Shown here: positions 1 through 8,179 of the stretch, one piece after another
How the letters are laid out: each line of letters begins with the position of its first letter
Position numbering within the stretch: the stretch's first letter is position 1
Assembly (NCBI GenBank): GCA_964563365.1
Contig: CAZLVR010000001.1
Location: forward strand, 1-50,128
Source: an uncultured Candidatus Saccharibacteria bacterium
GTDB taxonomy: Bacteria; Patescibacteriota; Minisyncoccia; Phycocordibacterales; Phycocordibacteraceae
Length of the DNA stretch: 50,128 nt
Direction: 5' to 3'
Position numbers and translations under genes: made by a program
The notes under the pieces: model-generated
What the model was told of the DNA's origin: nothing
Seen by the model: the letters and a program-made list of their open reading frames with translations, nothing else
Database searches by the model: none

Positions 1-51
1 TCGCTCAATTGACGATTCGAAGGTGCGAATAGGCGGAACACAAGAGCGCAT
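1..51 (-). CDS. N-terminal fragment of an unidentified protein gene that runs off the left edge (MRSCVPPIRTFESSIER...)
   Basis: Absent from the ORF track because it is open-ended. The minus-strand ATG at 51..49 is preceded by AAGGAG (63..58) with a 6-nt spacer. The frame stays open through position 1. Confidence 0.4.
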   Translation of the reverse strand, partial: MRSCVPPIRTFESSIER

Positions 52-79
52 TGTTTTCTCCTTCACTTTCTAGACAAAC

Positions 80-113
80 AAACACCCGCACGTATACTCA
101 CGTGCGGGTGTTT
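80..113 (-). terminator. Intrinsic terminator or attenuator hairpin
   Basis: A 13-bp perfect stem (aaacacccgcacg / cgtgcgggtgttt) with an 8-nt loop. On the minus strand it is followed by GUUUGUUUGUCU and lies about 17 nt upstream of the SD of the gene starting at 51. Confidence 0.6.
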
Positions 114-356
114 GCGTATAAAGGACGTGGCGATAGGGACTTCGGTCCGCTGCGATAAGCCTGAGAGATAGTTGGCGCACACTTCGACCTCAGGATCTCC
201 GATGGGGCAGCCCCGGCCTCCCGCCAGTACCGGCCGATCAGTATGTGGCGGGGAATGCGGAATAAGAGGCCAGTCTCGAAATTCACGCTCGCGTGAGAGA
301 CTGCGAACATCCAGCCGGCTCGCGAGAAGCGGGCCGGCTTTCTTATACGGACGTTC
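114..356 (-). ncRNA. Candidate structured RNA or riboswitch-like 5' leader, class unassigned
   Basis: A ~240-nt gap between the stop of the 357..593(-) gene and the terminator hairpin. A closing helix pairs cgtataa (115-121) with ttatacg (343-349). The interior holds several nested GC-rich hairpins, for example cagtctc...gagactg and cccgcca...tggcggg. Only poor, arginine-rich ORFs cover this stretch. Confidence 0.35.
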
Positions 357-593
357 TTAATCGCCGAAGCGCTCTATGAGCTCGTTGCGGAGTTCTGCCG
401 CGCGTCGCTTCGCTCCGTCATCACCCGCTGCTTCAGCCGCGATATCAAGCTGCTTGAGGTCATGAAGGATGAGCGTCGTGTCCGGCTTCGGATCCTTAAG
501 CGTTTGCTCGATGCGATCCAGACGCTCCGCGATATCGGCGCGCGCCTGTGCGCTCATATCGCGCTCTGGTCCGAATGTCATTCCCTCTGCCAT
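357..593 (-). CDS. Hypothetical small acidic protein (78 aa)
   Basis: ORF-track entry with a plausible, helix-rich composition (AERLDRIEQTLKD...AAELRNELIERFGD). I recognise no family. Confidence 0.5.
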   Translation of the reverse strand: MAEGMTFGPERDMSAQARADIAERLDRIEQTLKDPKPDTTLILHDLKQLDIAAEAAGDDGAKRRAAELRNELIERFGD

Positions 594-760
594 ATCTTTG
601 ATACGCTACGCTGGTAGGCCTTCAGTATAGCGTTCCGCGAGCCGCAGTACGCACCTTCGCCAGATGCGCTGCTTATTCCGGTGGCGGCGCAGCTTGTCCT
701 CAATAGTAGACTCCCGAACCTGTCGGTTCCGCTTCGGTTCGCGCGTGTTTCCACGGTGGA

Positions 761-841
761 CCCCGTTAGAGATTCTGGCCATATGGCGCAAAAAGCAACC
801 GCCCTTTGAAGAAATTGTCGTTCCCGAAATCTCTAACGGGG
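761..841. repeat. 14-bp inverted repeat with a 53-nt spacer, upstream of the tRNA
   Basis: ccccgttagagatt (761-774) is the exact reverse complement of aatctctaacgggg (828-841). Both arms abut a direct GGTGGACC copy. Confidence 0.5.
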
Positions 842-941
842 TGGACCATCGTTATCCGTACTATACGGTTCTTCCATGAAGATAGGGTGGAATCGGCTGG
901 GGAAATCTGCTAGAGTGCGCGAACAAGGGTGAGAGCCCCAT

Positions 942-1017
942 GCATGCGTAGCTCAGTTGGTAGAGCACTCGACTGATACTCGAGCGGTCCCAGGTTCGAA
1001 TCCTGGCGCATGCACCA
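942..1017 (+). tRNA. tRNA-Ile (anticodon GAU), CCA encoded
   Basis: A manual cloverleaf fits. The acceptor stem is GCATGCG/CGCATGC, the D arm GCTC-AGTTGGTA-GAGC, and the anticodon arm CTCGA-CTGATAC-TCGAG. The variable loop is CGGTC, the T arm CCAGG-TTCGAAT-CCTGG, the discriminator A, then CCA. Total length 76 nt. Confidence 0.9.
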
Positions 1018-1025
1018 ATCAACAC

Positions 1026-1051
1026 TAAAGCCGCCCGAGAGGGCGGCTTTA
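1026..1051 (+). terminator. Hairpin after the tRNA
   Basis: taaagccgccc-gaga-gggcggcttta forms an 11-bp stem with a GAGA loop. The U-tail is weak. Confidence 0.5.
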
Positions 1052-1067
1052 GCCGTATACTGCCTCT

Positions 1068-1553
1068 ATGAGGGATGCTCTTATCATCGGCATTGCATGC
1101 GTCGCCGCTATCTTCCTCGGCGCGTGGCTCTATTTCTCAGGCACAGGGACCGATACGCCGAAAGCACAGTCAGGCTTTACTGTGCTCGACGAAGGGATGC
1201 AGTCGGGAAGTCTCACGAACCGCGCAAACTATCGTATCAAGTCAAAGGAAGAACTTGATGCACTTTGGAACCTTGTCTATGGCTCTGGCGGTCCTGCTGC
1301 TGCGGTCGACTTTACGAAGGAGGAGGTGCTTGCCGTCTTTGACGGTTCACACAGTTCCGGCGGATATGACATAACCGTAGATTCAGTGAAAGATGAGGGC
1401 GGTGTCAGGAAGATCCACATCACGCACACTATTCCGGGTGAAGGCTGCGCGGTATCGAGTGCCATCACGAGCCCGTACCAGATAGTTGTTGTACCGCGCT
1501 CATCACTCCCGCTTTCACGTACGGACGCAACTGCGACCGCAGACTGTCGTTGA
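1068..1553 (+). CDS. PrcB C-terminal-domain family protein with an N-terminal membrane anchor
   Basis: N-terminal TM helix LIIGIACVAAIFLGAWLYF. The block EVLAVFDGSHSSGGYDITVDSV resembles the PrcB_C signature (recalled from memory). Confidence 0.55.
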   Translation: MRDALIIGIACVAAIFLGAWLYFSGTGTDTPKAQSGFTVLDEGMQSGSLTNRANYRIKSKEELDALWNLVYGSGGPAAAVDFTKEEVLAVFDGSHSSGGYDITVDSVKDEGGVRKIHITHTIPGEGCAVSSAITSPYQIVVVPRSSLPLSRTDATATADCR

Positions 1554-1580
1554 TTTCCATACGGTTCGTCCTGCGCTACG

Positions 1581-2903
1581 ATGCACCTTATGGACGCTTC
1601 GGCTTATTTCCGTGGAAAGAAAGTAACCCTCATGGGTCTCGGCCTTCTCGGTCGCGGCATTGGTGATGCACGGTTTTTGGCCACTGCGGGCGCCGAACTC
1701 ATAGTGACCGACATGAAGAGCGCGGAAGCTCTCCAGCCTGCACTCGACGCACTCGCCGGCCTTCCGATTACGTTCCACCTCGGAGAACACCGTCTTGAAG
1801 ATTTTCGTGACCGTGACCTCGTGCTTGTCGCGCCGAAGACCCCGATCGACTCCCCGTACGTGGGTGCTGCTCGCGCGTCCGGCGCGCACGTCACCATGAG
1901 TGCAGCGCTCGCATCGCGGAGTGCGCGGGGTGCCGGCATACCAATCGTCGGGGTCACCGGTACGCGCGGAAAGACGACGACGACGGAAATGATCGCCGCG
2001 ATACTGCGTAGGGCAGGGAAGGATGTTCATGTGGGAGGGAATATCCGTGGCGTCTCCACGCTTGCGCTCCTTCCAGCACTTACGCCAGACAGCGTGCTCG
2101 TCCTCGAACTCGATTCATGGCAGCTCCAGGGGTTTCGGGATGAGAAGATATCGCCCGACATCGCCGTGTTTACGACCTTTTATCCTGATCATCTCGACTA
2201 CTATTCGAGCATGGACGCATATCTTGCGGACAAGGCATCAATTTTCACGCACCTGCCTGCAGATGGGACGCTCGTGCTCGGGCCGCAGGTCGCAGATATC
2301 GTCACGGAACACTACGGTCGTGAGCTTTCAGCGCATACGGTCCGTGCGCTCCCGTATGATGGCGAGCTGCGCATCCCCGGCATGCATAATCGCGAGAATG
2401 CAGGCTGCGCTTTCGAGACTGCACGGGCGCTCATGATTCCGGACACGGTAAGCGCGGCAGCGCTCGCCGCATTTGACGGTGTGACCGGGCGCCTTGCGCT
2501 CATACGCGAGAAAAATGGCGTGCGATTTTATAACGACACGACGGCAACGACCCCGGACGCGACTCTCGCCGCGCTCCGCGCGCTTGATCCGGACGGAACT
2601 CGGAACATCGTCCTTATCATGGGCGGTTCCGATAAGGGACTCGACATGAATCGCCTTCTCATCGAGCTTCCGCAGTATGTAAAACGGATCATCATGCTTG
2701 CTGGTACGGGAACTTCCCGCATACTCGAGTTCGTTCCGGATGCGTCAGTTTTCGATTCGCTCCAGGCTGCGGTCGAAGAGGCCGCGCGTACGGCCGGTCC
2801 AGGTGACATCGTCCTCTTGTCTCCTGCCTTTGCGTCATTTGGCATGTTCCAGAACGAATACGACCGGGGCGACCAGTACGCGGCATTGGTTGGTGCGCTC
2901 TAA
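1581..2903 (+). CDS. murD: UDP-N-acetylmuramoyl-L-alanine--D-glutamate ligase
   Basis: N-terminal Rossmann motif KKVTLMGLGLLGRG and Mur-ligase P-loop GVTGTRGKTTTT. It is 440 aa and sits directly upstream of murI and murC. Confidence 0.9.
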   Translation: MHLMDASAYFRGKKVTLMGLGLLGRGIGDARFLATAGAELIVTDMKSAEALQPALDALAGLPITFHLGEHRLEDFRDRDLVLVAPKTPIDSPYVGAARASGAHVTMSAALASRSARGAGIPIVGVTGTRGKTTTTEMIAAILRRAGKDVHVGGNIRGVSTLALLPALTPDSVLVLELDSWQLQGFRDEKISPDIAVFTTFYPDHLDYYSSMDAYLADKASIFTHLPADGTLVLGPQVADIVTEHYGRELSAHTVRALPYDGELRIPGMHNRENAGCAFETARALMIPDTVSAAALAAFDGVTGRLALIREKNGVRFYNDTTATTPDATLAALRALDPDGTRNIVLIMGGSDKGLDMNRLLIELPQYVKRIIMLAGTGTSRILEFVPDASVFDSLQAAVEEAARTAGPGDIVLLSPAFASFGMFQNEYDRGDQYAALVGAL

Positions 2904-2906
2904 CCC

Positions 2907-3662
2907 ATGATCGGCATCTTCGATTCGGGTGTTGGCGGTCTCACCGTACTACGCGCGCTTCGAACACGGCTCCCATCTGCGGACGTTGTCTATTTTGGCG
3001 ATACCCTGAATGCGCCGTACGGTCCGCGCACAAGGAGCGAGCTCACGCGGCTTACGTTCACCGGGCTTTCGCTCCTTGAACGTAAGGGAGCAACGAGCCT
3101 CATCTCCGCTTGCAATAGTGTCTCAGCATCGCTCGCCGTCTCCCTTATAGATGCGCTTTCTGTGCCGCACGACAGGCTTATCGAGATGGCGGCGCCCGCG
3201 GTTCGGACGTTACGCGATACGCCGCACCGGCTCATGATCGCCGCGACTGAAGCTACCATTGGGTCCGGACTCTATCAGGACGCGTTTGCGATGGTAGGGA
3301 AGGACGTCAGCGCTATCGCGCTCCCAGCACTCGCAGGAGCGATTGAGGCGGGCGCGGACGACGCGAAGATCGCCCGCATCATCGACGACGGATTCCGGGA
3401 AGTGCCGCTGGATTTCGACGCGCTCGTTCTTGCCTGCACGCACTACCCGCTCGTCGCGGACGCGTTCCGTAGCATTCTGCCGGGGGTCGCACTCTTCGAT
3501 CCAGCGGAAGCCGTGGCAGTGGCAGCGGAAGAGCGGCTGTGGCCGCGCGAAGCGGGTGACGGGACGACACGCTTCCTCATAAGTCGGGAATCGCCCGTAT
3601 TCAGGCAGTTCGTCGCGCGCCTCTTCCCCGAGAGCGCCTACACCATAGAAGTGTTAGAGTGA
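2907..3662 (+). CDS. murI: Glutamate racemase
   Basis: IGIFDSGVGGLTVL at the N-terminus, plus the two catalytic Cys motifs SACNS and LACTHYP. Confidence 0.9.
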   Translation: MIGIFDSGVGGLTVLRALRTRLPSADVVYFGDTLNAPYGPRTRSELTRLTFTGLSLLERKGATSLISACNSVSASLAVSLIDALSVPHDRLIEMAAPAVRTLRDTPHRLMIAATEATIGSGLYQDAFAMVGKDVSAIALPALAGAIEAGADDAKIARIIDDGFREVPLDFDALVLACTHYPLVADAFRSILPGVALFDPAEAVAVAAEERLWPREAGDGTTRFLISRESPVFRQFVARLFPESAYTIEVLE

Positions 3663-3666
3663 CCGG

Positions 3667-3789
3667 GTGAAAGCGTATTTCATCGGCACCCCGGTACCAC
3701 GACCAGTCCTACGGAGTACCGTAGGCAGGTCGGCTACGGGGCAGGTCGGCGGCGAGAGATTTTCCCCATGAAAGCGTATTTTATCGGTA
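3667..3789 (+). repeat. Direct duplication of the murC 5' end (22 nt, 20/22 identical), creating a 34-codon uORF
   Basis: gtgaaagcgtatttcatcggca (3667-3688) matches atgaaagcgtattttatcggta (3768-3789). The frame opened at GTG 3667 (MKAYFIGTPVPRP...) ends at TGA 3769-3771, which overlaps the murC ATG as ATGA. Confidence 0.6.
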
Positions 3790-5042
3790 TTGGCGGAATA
3801 GGCATGTCTGCGCTTGCGCAGCTCATGAAGGACGGCGGGGCAGACGTCTCGGGGAGCGATCGCGAAGCGTCCCCGACCACCGAGCTTCTTTCGAAGAAAG
3901 GTATTTCCGTCCGGATAGGGCAGGCAGCAGGGAACGTTCCAGCGGATGCGGAACTTGTCGTATACAGCGAGGCGGTGTGGGAGGATAATCCCGAACGCGA
4001 ACGCGCGAAAGAGCTTGGCATTCGGCAGCGTTCGTATTTTGCGCAGCTCGGTGAGGTTTCAAAGGGGAAGCGGACCATCGCTGTCGCTGGAACGCATGGG
4101 AAAACGACGACGACTGGGATGACAGCAAAGATCCTTCTCGACGCGGGAGCGTCGCCTTCAGCGGTCGTCGGATCCATCGTTCAGGATTTCGGGAGTAATT
4201 ATCTGCGCGGGGAGTCCAACCTGTTCGTCGCAGAGGCATGCGAATATAAGCGGGATTTCCTCTGTCTTACGCCAACGTACCTTATAGTCACGAACGTAGA
4301 GTGGGATCACACGGATTACTACAAAGACCTCGCTGACTTTCAGTCGGCCTTCCGCACGATGATGGAGAAGGTTCCGGCCGACGGCGCCATCATCACGAAT
4401 CCGTCGCATCCGAACATCGCGCCGCTTCTTACGGGACTTGTGGCACCAGTCATCGACTATACGCAGGAACCTGCGTACGAACTCCTTCTTCCCGGGGAAT
4501 TCAACAAGGATAATGCGCGCGCCGCCGCGGCCGCGTCGCGCGTCGCGTTCCCATCCGTCAGAGACGATGCTATCCGCGCATCGCTCGCAGCCTTCCATGG
4601 CACCTGGCGCCGGTTCGAATACAAAGGGAAGACAAAGAACGGCGCAGATATCTATGATGACTACGCGCATCATCCGACCGCGGTCCGTGCGACTATCGCG
4701 GAACTTAAGAAGCGAACGAAGGGCCGACTGTACGTAGCGTTCCATCCGCACCTCTTCAGCCGCACCCGGGATCTTCTGCCTGAGTTCGCGACCGCGTTTG
4801 CGGGAGCAGATCAAGTCTTCATCGCTCCCATCTATGCGGCACGGGAGGATGATGATGGCAGTATCTCAAGCGAAATCCTCGCGCAGAAGATTGCGGAGAC
4901 CGGCGTCGACGCGGAGGCACTCTCTTTCGAGAACATTCGTCATCTCTTCGAAACGTACGCGAAGGAAGGAGATAGTGTCGCGACTATAGGTGCGGGCGAT
5001 ATCTACAAGGTTGCGGACGCCCTCGTCGTACGTACACAATAA
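3768..5042 (+). CDS. murC: UDP-N-acetylmuramate--L-alanine ligase
   Basis: YFIGIGGIGMSALAQ at the N-terminus, P-loop AVAGTHGKTTTT, 424 aa. Confidence 0.9.
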   Translation: MKAYFIGIGGIGMSALAQLMKDGGADVSGSDREASPTTELLSKKGISVRIGQAAGNVPADAELVVYSEAVWEDNPERERAKELGIRQRSYFAQLGEVSKGKRTIAVAGTHGKTTTTGMTAKILLDAGASPSAVVGSIVQDFGSNYLRGESNLFVAEACEYKRDFLCLTPTYLIVTNVEWDHTDYYKDLADFQSAFRTMMEKVPADGAIITNPSHPNIAPLLTGLVAPVIDYTQEPAYELLLPGEFNKDNARAAAAASRVAFPSVRDDAIRASLAAFHGTWRRFEYKGKTKNGADIYDDYAHHPTAVRATIAELKKRTKGRLYVAFHPHLFSRTRDLLPEFATAFAGADQVFIAPIYAAREDDDGSISSEILAQKIAETGVDAEALSFENIRHLFETYAKEGDSVATIGAGDIYKVADALVVRTQ

Positions 5043-5067
5043 CGCCGGCCTTACGAGAAGGCCGGCG
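5043..5067. terminator. Bidirectional hairpin between convergent murC and the DUF218 gene
   Basis: cgccggcctt-acgag-aaggccggcg forms a 10-bp stem. It overlaps the last codons of the minus-strand gene. Confidence 0.5.
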
Positions 5068-5596
5068 TGCTGAAGAGATCAGTAATGCCGAGATTTCCTC
5101 TCCTGACTTCGTTCAGGAGCTTGAGCGGTTCGAGCATGCGATCGAACACGATGTTCGAATCGACCCGTACCACCGTCACATTCGTGGGGCGTATGGCGTA
5201 CGCGTCGAGCCGCGCCTGAAGGAGACGCAGCGCGCGCGGCGCATGCCAGTGCCGTACGAAGACGGTGATTGCAGGGCGGGAATCGCGCCGAAAGAGAAGG
5301 CGCGCAAACGTTTCCATCTCTCCGTTCGTATTGCACCGCTCGCCGTTTGATGGCGGTGTCGCGATGCGGTGCGTGTCGATATGAAGCGCATCCCGAAGGT
5401 GCGCCCGTACCGGCCCGTCGCCCATATGGACCCCGTAGCGTGTGCTCCATCCTGCGGGGGCGCAGAGCAGAGCCGCGGAATCATGGCGTGCCGCGCGCGC
5501 GGCAGCCGCGCAGATGTTGGCCGTTTCCGGACCAACACAAACGATCCCGTCCTGCCGCTTCAGATCGGCAGAAAGGATGAGGAGCCAGTGTGCCAA
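5051..5596 (-). CDS. DUF218 (YdcF/ElyC/SanA-like) domain protein
   Basis: The blocks NTNGEMETFARLL and FVRHWHAPRALRL match the usual nT.eEa ... H..RA pattern of DUF218 (recalled from memory). Confidence 0.5.
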   Translation of the reverse strand: MAHWLLILSADLKRQDGIVCVGPETANICAAAARAARHDSAALLCAPAGWSTRYGVHMGDGPVRAHLRDALHIDTHRIATPPSNGERCNTNGEMETFARLLFRRDSRPAITVFVRHWHAPRALRLLQARLDAYAIRPTNVTVVRVDSNIVFDRMLEPLKLLNEVRRGNLGITDLFSTPAFS

Positions 5597-5706
5597 AGAA
5601 CATCCCCTATGGTTGCAGTTCGAATAGATTCTACCATATATTTTTTATTTTTCAACTTCGTCCTTTCCTGCACGCGCGGTAGATTGGTACGGAGGAGCCT
5701 TTCGCC

Positions 5707-6135
5707 GTGTTTATGAAACCCGAGTTCTCATCACTTGTCCCGTATCGTCTGCGTGGCGGCTCATACGAGTATTTCGTCCAGAAGCGCAGCGAGACAGTGA
5801 AGCGTGCTCCAGGCCAGTTCGGCCTCTTTGGGGGAAAACTTGAACCTGGCGAGACGCATGAAGCAGCGGTCCTCCGCGAGATACAAGAAGAGCTCACCTA
5901 TTTGTGCCGCCCTGCACACTTCTGGAGCTACGAGTTCCAGGAGTCCTCGCTCCATGTCTATATAGAGCCGGTAGAGGCCGACTTCGAATCTTCAATCCGC
6001 GTCGAGGAAGGGGAGTATGGCATCTTCATTACGCTCGCGGAGGCTATGGCGGAACCCCTGATGAACCCAATGGCGGCGACCGCGCTCATTGAGATCGACC
6101 GCATGCTCGAGGTCGCAAAGCAACCGCATATGTGA
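5707..6135 (+). CDS. Nudix hydrolase
   Basis: Canonical Nudix box GGKLEPGETHEAAVLREIQEEL. The start is GTG 5707, with ATG 5713 as an alternative; GGAGGA lies upstream. Confidence 0.8.
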   Translation: MFMKPEFSSLVPYRLRGGSYEYFVQKRSETVKRAPGQFGLFGGKLEPGETHEAAVLREIQEELTYLCRPAHFWSYEFQESSLHVYIEPVEADFESSIRVEEGEYGIFITLAEAMAEPLMNPMAATALIEIDRMLEVAKQPHM

Positions 6136-6147
6136 GAGAGTGAGCCG

Positions 6148-6828
6148 ATGGGAACCCTCTCTGTCGTCGCTACACCTATCGGGAATCTGGGGGACGTCAC
6201 TCTCCGGGCGCTTGAGACCCTGAAGCACAGTGATGTCATCGCCTGCGAGGATACGCGCGTGACCTCGAAGCTCCTCGCGAAGTACGGCATCGAGAAGCCG
6301 CTCCTTATCTTCCACGCGAGGAGCGGAAAGCTCGCGACTGAGCGCATCCTCGCGGCTCTCGCCGACGAGAAGCATGTCGCGCTCGTGACTGACGCCGGGA
6401 CGCCCGGCATCTCCGACCCGGGAAGCGCTCTTGTGGCGGAGATACGAGAGCGTCTTGGAGCGGCCGTCCGTATTGAATCAGTTCCGGGAGCGTCCGCGCT
6501 CACCGCAGCGCTCTCGATTGCCGGCATTCCAACGGACCGCTTCGTCTTTCTCGGGTTCCTACCGCACAAGAAGGGGCGGCTGACTCTTTTCAGCGAGATC
6601 AAGAAGGCGGAGATGACCGTTGTCTTTTATGAATCGCCGCATCGTATCGAGAAAGCGCTCGCGTCGCTTGCGGAAGTCCTCCCTGAGGATCGGACCGTGA
6701 CGGTGGTTCGAGAGCTTTCGAAGCTCCATGAAGCTCTTATTCAGGGCGCGCCGCGGGAGGTGGCCGAGCATTTTTCGAAGCATCCGGGCCAGGTACGGGG
6801 CGAGTTTGTCGTCATCGTTTCGCATTGA
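6148..6828 (+). CDS. rsmI: 16S rRNA (cytidine1402-2'-O)-methyltransferase
   Basis: GTLSVVATPIGNLGDVTLRALETL, ACEDTR and GTPGISDPG blocks; 226 aa. Confidence 0.85.
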   Translation: MGTLSVVATPIGNLGDVTLRALETLKHSDVIACEDTRVTSKLLAKYGIEKPLLIFHARSGKLATERILAALADEKHVALVTDAGTPGISDPGSALVAEIRERLGAAVRIESVPGASALTAALSIAGIPTDRFVFLGFLPHKKGRLTLFSEIKKAEMTVVFYESPHRIEKALASLAEVLPEDRTVTVVRELSKLHEALIQGAPREVAEHFSKHPGQVRGEFVVIVSH

Positions 6829-6841
6829 TACACTGGGCCAA

Positions 6842-7033
6842 ATGAACAGTCCTCGTACGCTCTTCGTCCTCGGTATCGTAGTCATTCTTTCTTCATACAT
6901 CGGCCTTCCATACGAATGGCTGCGCATCGTGCTTCCGGTGCTTGGTGCGCTCATCATTATCGTCGCTTTCCGTGTCCGCTCTGCCCATCCGCGGCGGTCG
7001 GAACCTTTTCATGCCGAGCAAACGAACGTCTAA
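6842..7033 (+). CDS. Small two-TM membrane protein (63 aa), hypothetical
   Basis: Internal ATG of track ORF 6728..7033, located just after the rsmI stop. The product has two hydrophobic helices (LFVLGIVVILSSYIGL and IVLPVLGALIIIVAF). Confidence 0.35.
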   Translation: MNSPRTLFVLGIVVILSSYIGLPYEWLRIVLPVLGALIIIVAFRVRSAHPRRSEPFHAEQTNV

Positions 7034-8105
7034 GGGTCCGGATACAACAGTGATTGCTGTTGTCGCGGCAACAGCAGTGGTCATCGGTATCGGCGCGCTC
7101 GTGCCGCGACTTGCCGCGACGACCTATGAGCGCGGTACTGACGTCGCGGAAGCCAAGACCCTCCTACCTCTTCCGAAGAAGGTTCCTACGCTCGATACGA
7201 AAGCGTATGATGCGAAGCTTCTTTCGCTTGCACACGTATCGTCAACGACCGCCAGCACGACCGGAACTTCGACGCCGAAGCGACTGTGGCCGGCGACCGG
7301 GAACCCGTACCCGCTTCCGGGTGCACTCCTGCCTGAGAAGCGTATCGTCGCGTACTATGGCAATTTCTATTCGAAGGGCATGGGCATTCTGGGAGAATAC
7401 GATCGCGAGACCGTCATCGCGAAGCTGAAGGGGGAGAAGGCTGCATGGGAGGCAGCAGACCCTGCGACCCCCGTTGTCATGGGTATCGACTATATCGCGG
7501 TCACCGCTCAGGGCTCTCCGCAGGCCGATGGCACCTACAAGCTTCGCATGCCGGAAGAGCACGTGCGTCGGGCAATCGAGATGGCGAACGACGTACACGG
7601 TATCGCGATACTCGAGATCCAGGTCGGCCTTTCGACTTATGGTAAGGAGATACCGCTCCTTGAGAAATACCTCATCGAGCCGAATGTGCACCTTGCGCTC
7701 GACCCCGAGTTTTCCATGAAAAGCGGCGATCCTCCGGGGCACGTCATCGGTACCGTGTCGGCCGCTGACATAAACTACGCAATTACGTACCTTTCAGAAC
7801 TCGTGAAGGCGCACAACCTTCCCCCTAAGATCCTCGTTGTGCATCGCTTCACGCAGAATATGGTCACCGGCTATGAGCATATCCAGCCGACGCCTGAAGT
7901 TCAGGTGGTCATGGTCATGGACGGCTGGGGATTTGGCGCGAAGAAGATCAACACATACAACACCGTCATCTATCCGGAACCGGTGCAGTTCACCGGCTTC
8001 AAGCTGTTCTATAAGAACGATCTGAAACCGCCGTCGACGCGGCTCCTTACACCGGCGGAGATCCTCGATCTTACGCCCGCGCCCTCCTTCATCCAGTATC
8101 AGTAA
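7011..8105 (+). CDS. Membrane-anchored or secreted conserved hypothetical protein, possibly a TIM-barrel glycoside-hydrolase-like fold
   Basis: I chose ATG 7011 (MPSKRTSKGPD + TM helix VIAVVAATAVVIGIGALV) over the 6942 extension. The body (IVAYYGNFYS...LALDPEFSMK...VVHRFTQNM...DGWG) resembles uncharacterised lipoprotein-like families. The fold call is a guess. Confidence 0.55.
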   Translation: MPSKRTSKGPDTTVIAVVAATAVVIGIGALVPRLAATTYERGTDVAEAKTLLPLPKKVPTLDTKAYDAKLLSLAHVSSTTASTTGTSTPKRLWPATGNPYPLPGALLPEKRIVAYYGNFYSKGMGILGEYDRETVIAKLKGEKAAWEAADPATPVVMGIDYIAVTAQGSPQADGTYKLRMPEEHVRRAIEMANDVHGIAILEIQVGLSTYGKEIPLLEKYLIEPNVHLALDPEFSMKSGDPPGHVIGTVSAADINYAITYLSELVKAHNLPPKILVVHRFTQNMVTGYEHIQPTPEVQVVMVMDGWGFGAKKINTYNTVIYPEPVQFTGFKLFYKNDLKPPSTRLLTPAEILDLTPAPSFIQYQ

Positions 8106-8179
8106 GGCTTGCGTGCGGTCGCAGCCGGGCATACAATCGCGCGCACGGAGACAGTTCCGTGGCGCAAGGAGGAGTACCC

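Noticed and set aside
161-230. TPP riboswitch on the + strand (CUGAGA at 161-166, ACCU..GGAUC downstream)
   Set aside because: The rest of the THI-box consensus (ACCUGAUCUGGAUAAUGCCAGCG) is absent, and no + strand gene lies downstream for it to regulate.
114-356. Minimal RNase P RNA (minus strand): GAAAGCC near the 5' end and GGCUUAUCG near the 3' end resemble the two P4 strands
   Set aside because: At about 240 nt it is far shorter than the bacterial RNase P RNAs I know. The P4-like strand lacks the universally conserved bulged U, and the 3' strand lacks ACAGAA. I could find no S-domain motifs (GGUGAAA..GGUAAGAGC). The resemblance is probably coincidental; cmscan would settle it.
98-360. 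Track ORFs 98..310(-) (70 aa) and 172..360(+) (62 aa)
   Set aside because: They overlap each other in a region dominated by RNA-like nested helices. Their products are Arg/Ser/Gly/Pro-rich and no SD is present. The region is better explained as a structured RNA or leader.
750-800. 5S rRNA-like strings (ctggccatatggcgc; cccgaacc at ~712)
   Set aside because: The motifs occur in the wrong order for 5S rRNA, and the loop C and helix IV/V consensus is missing.
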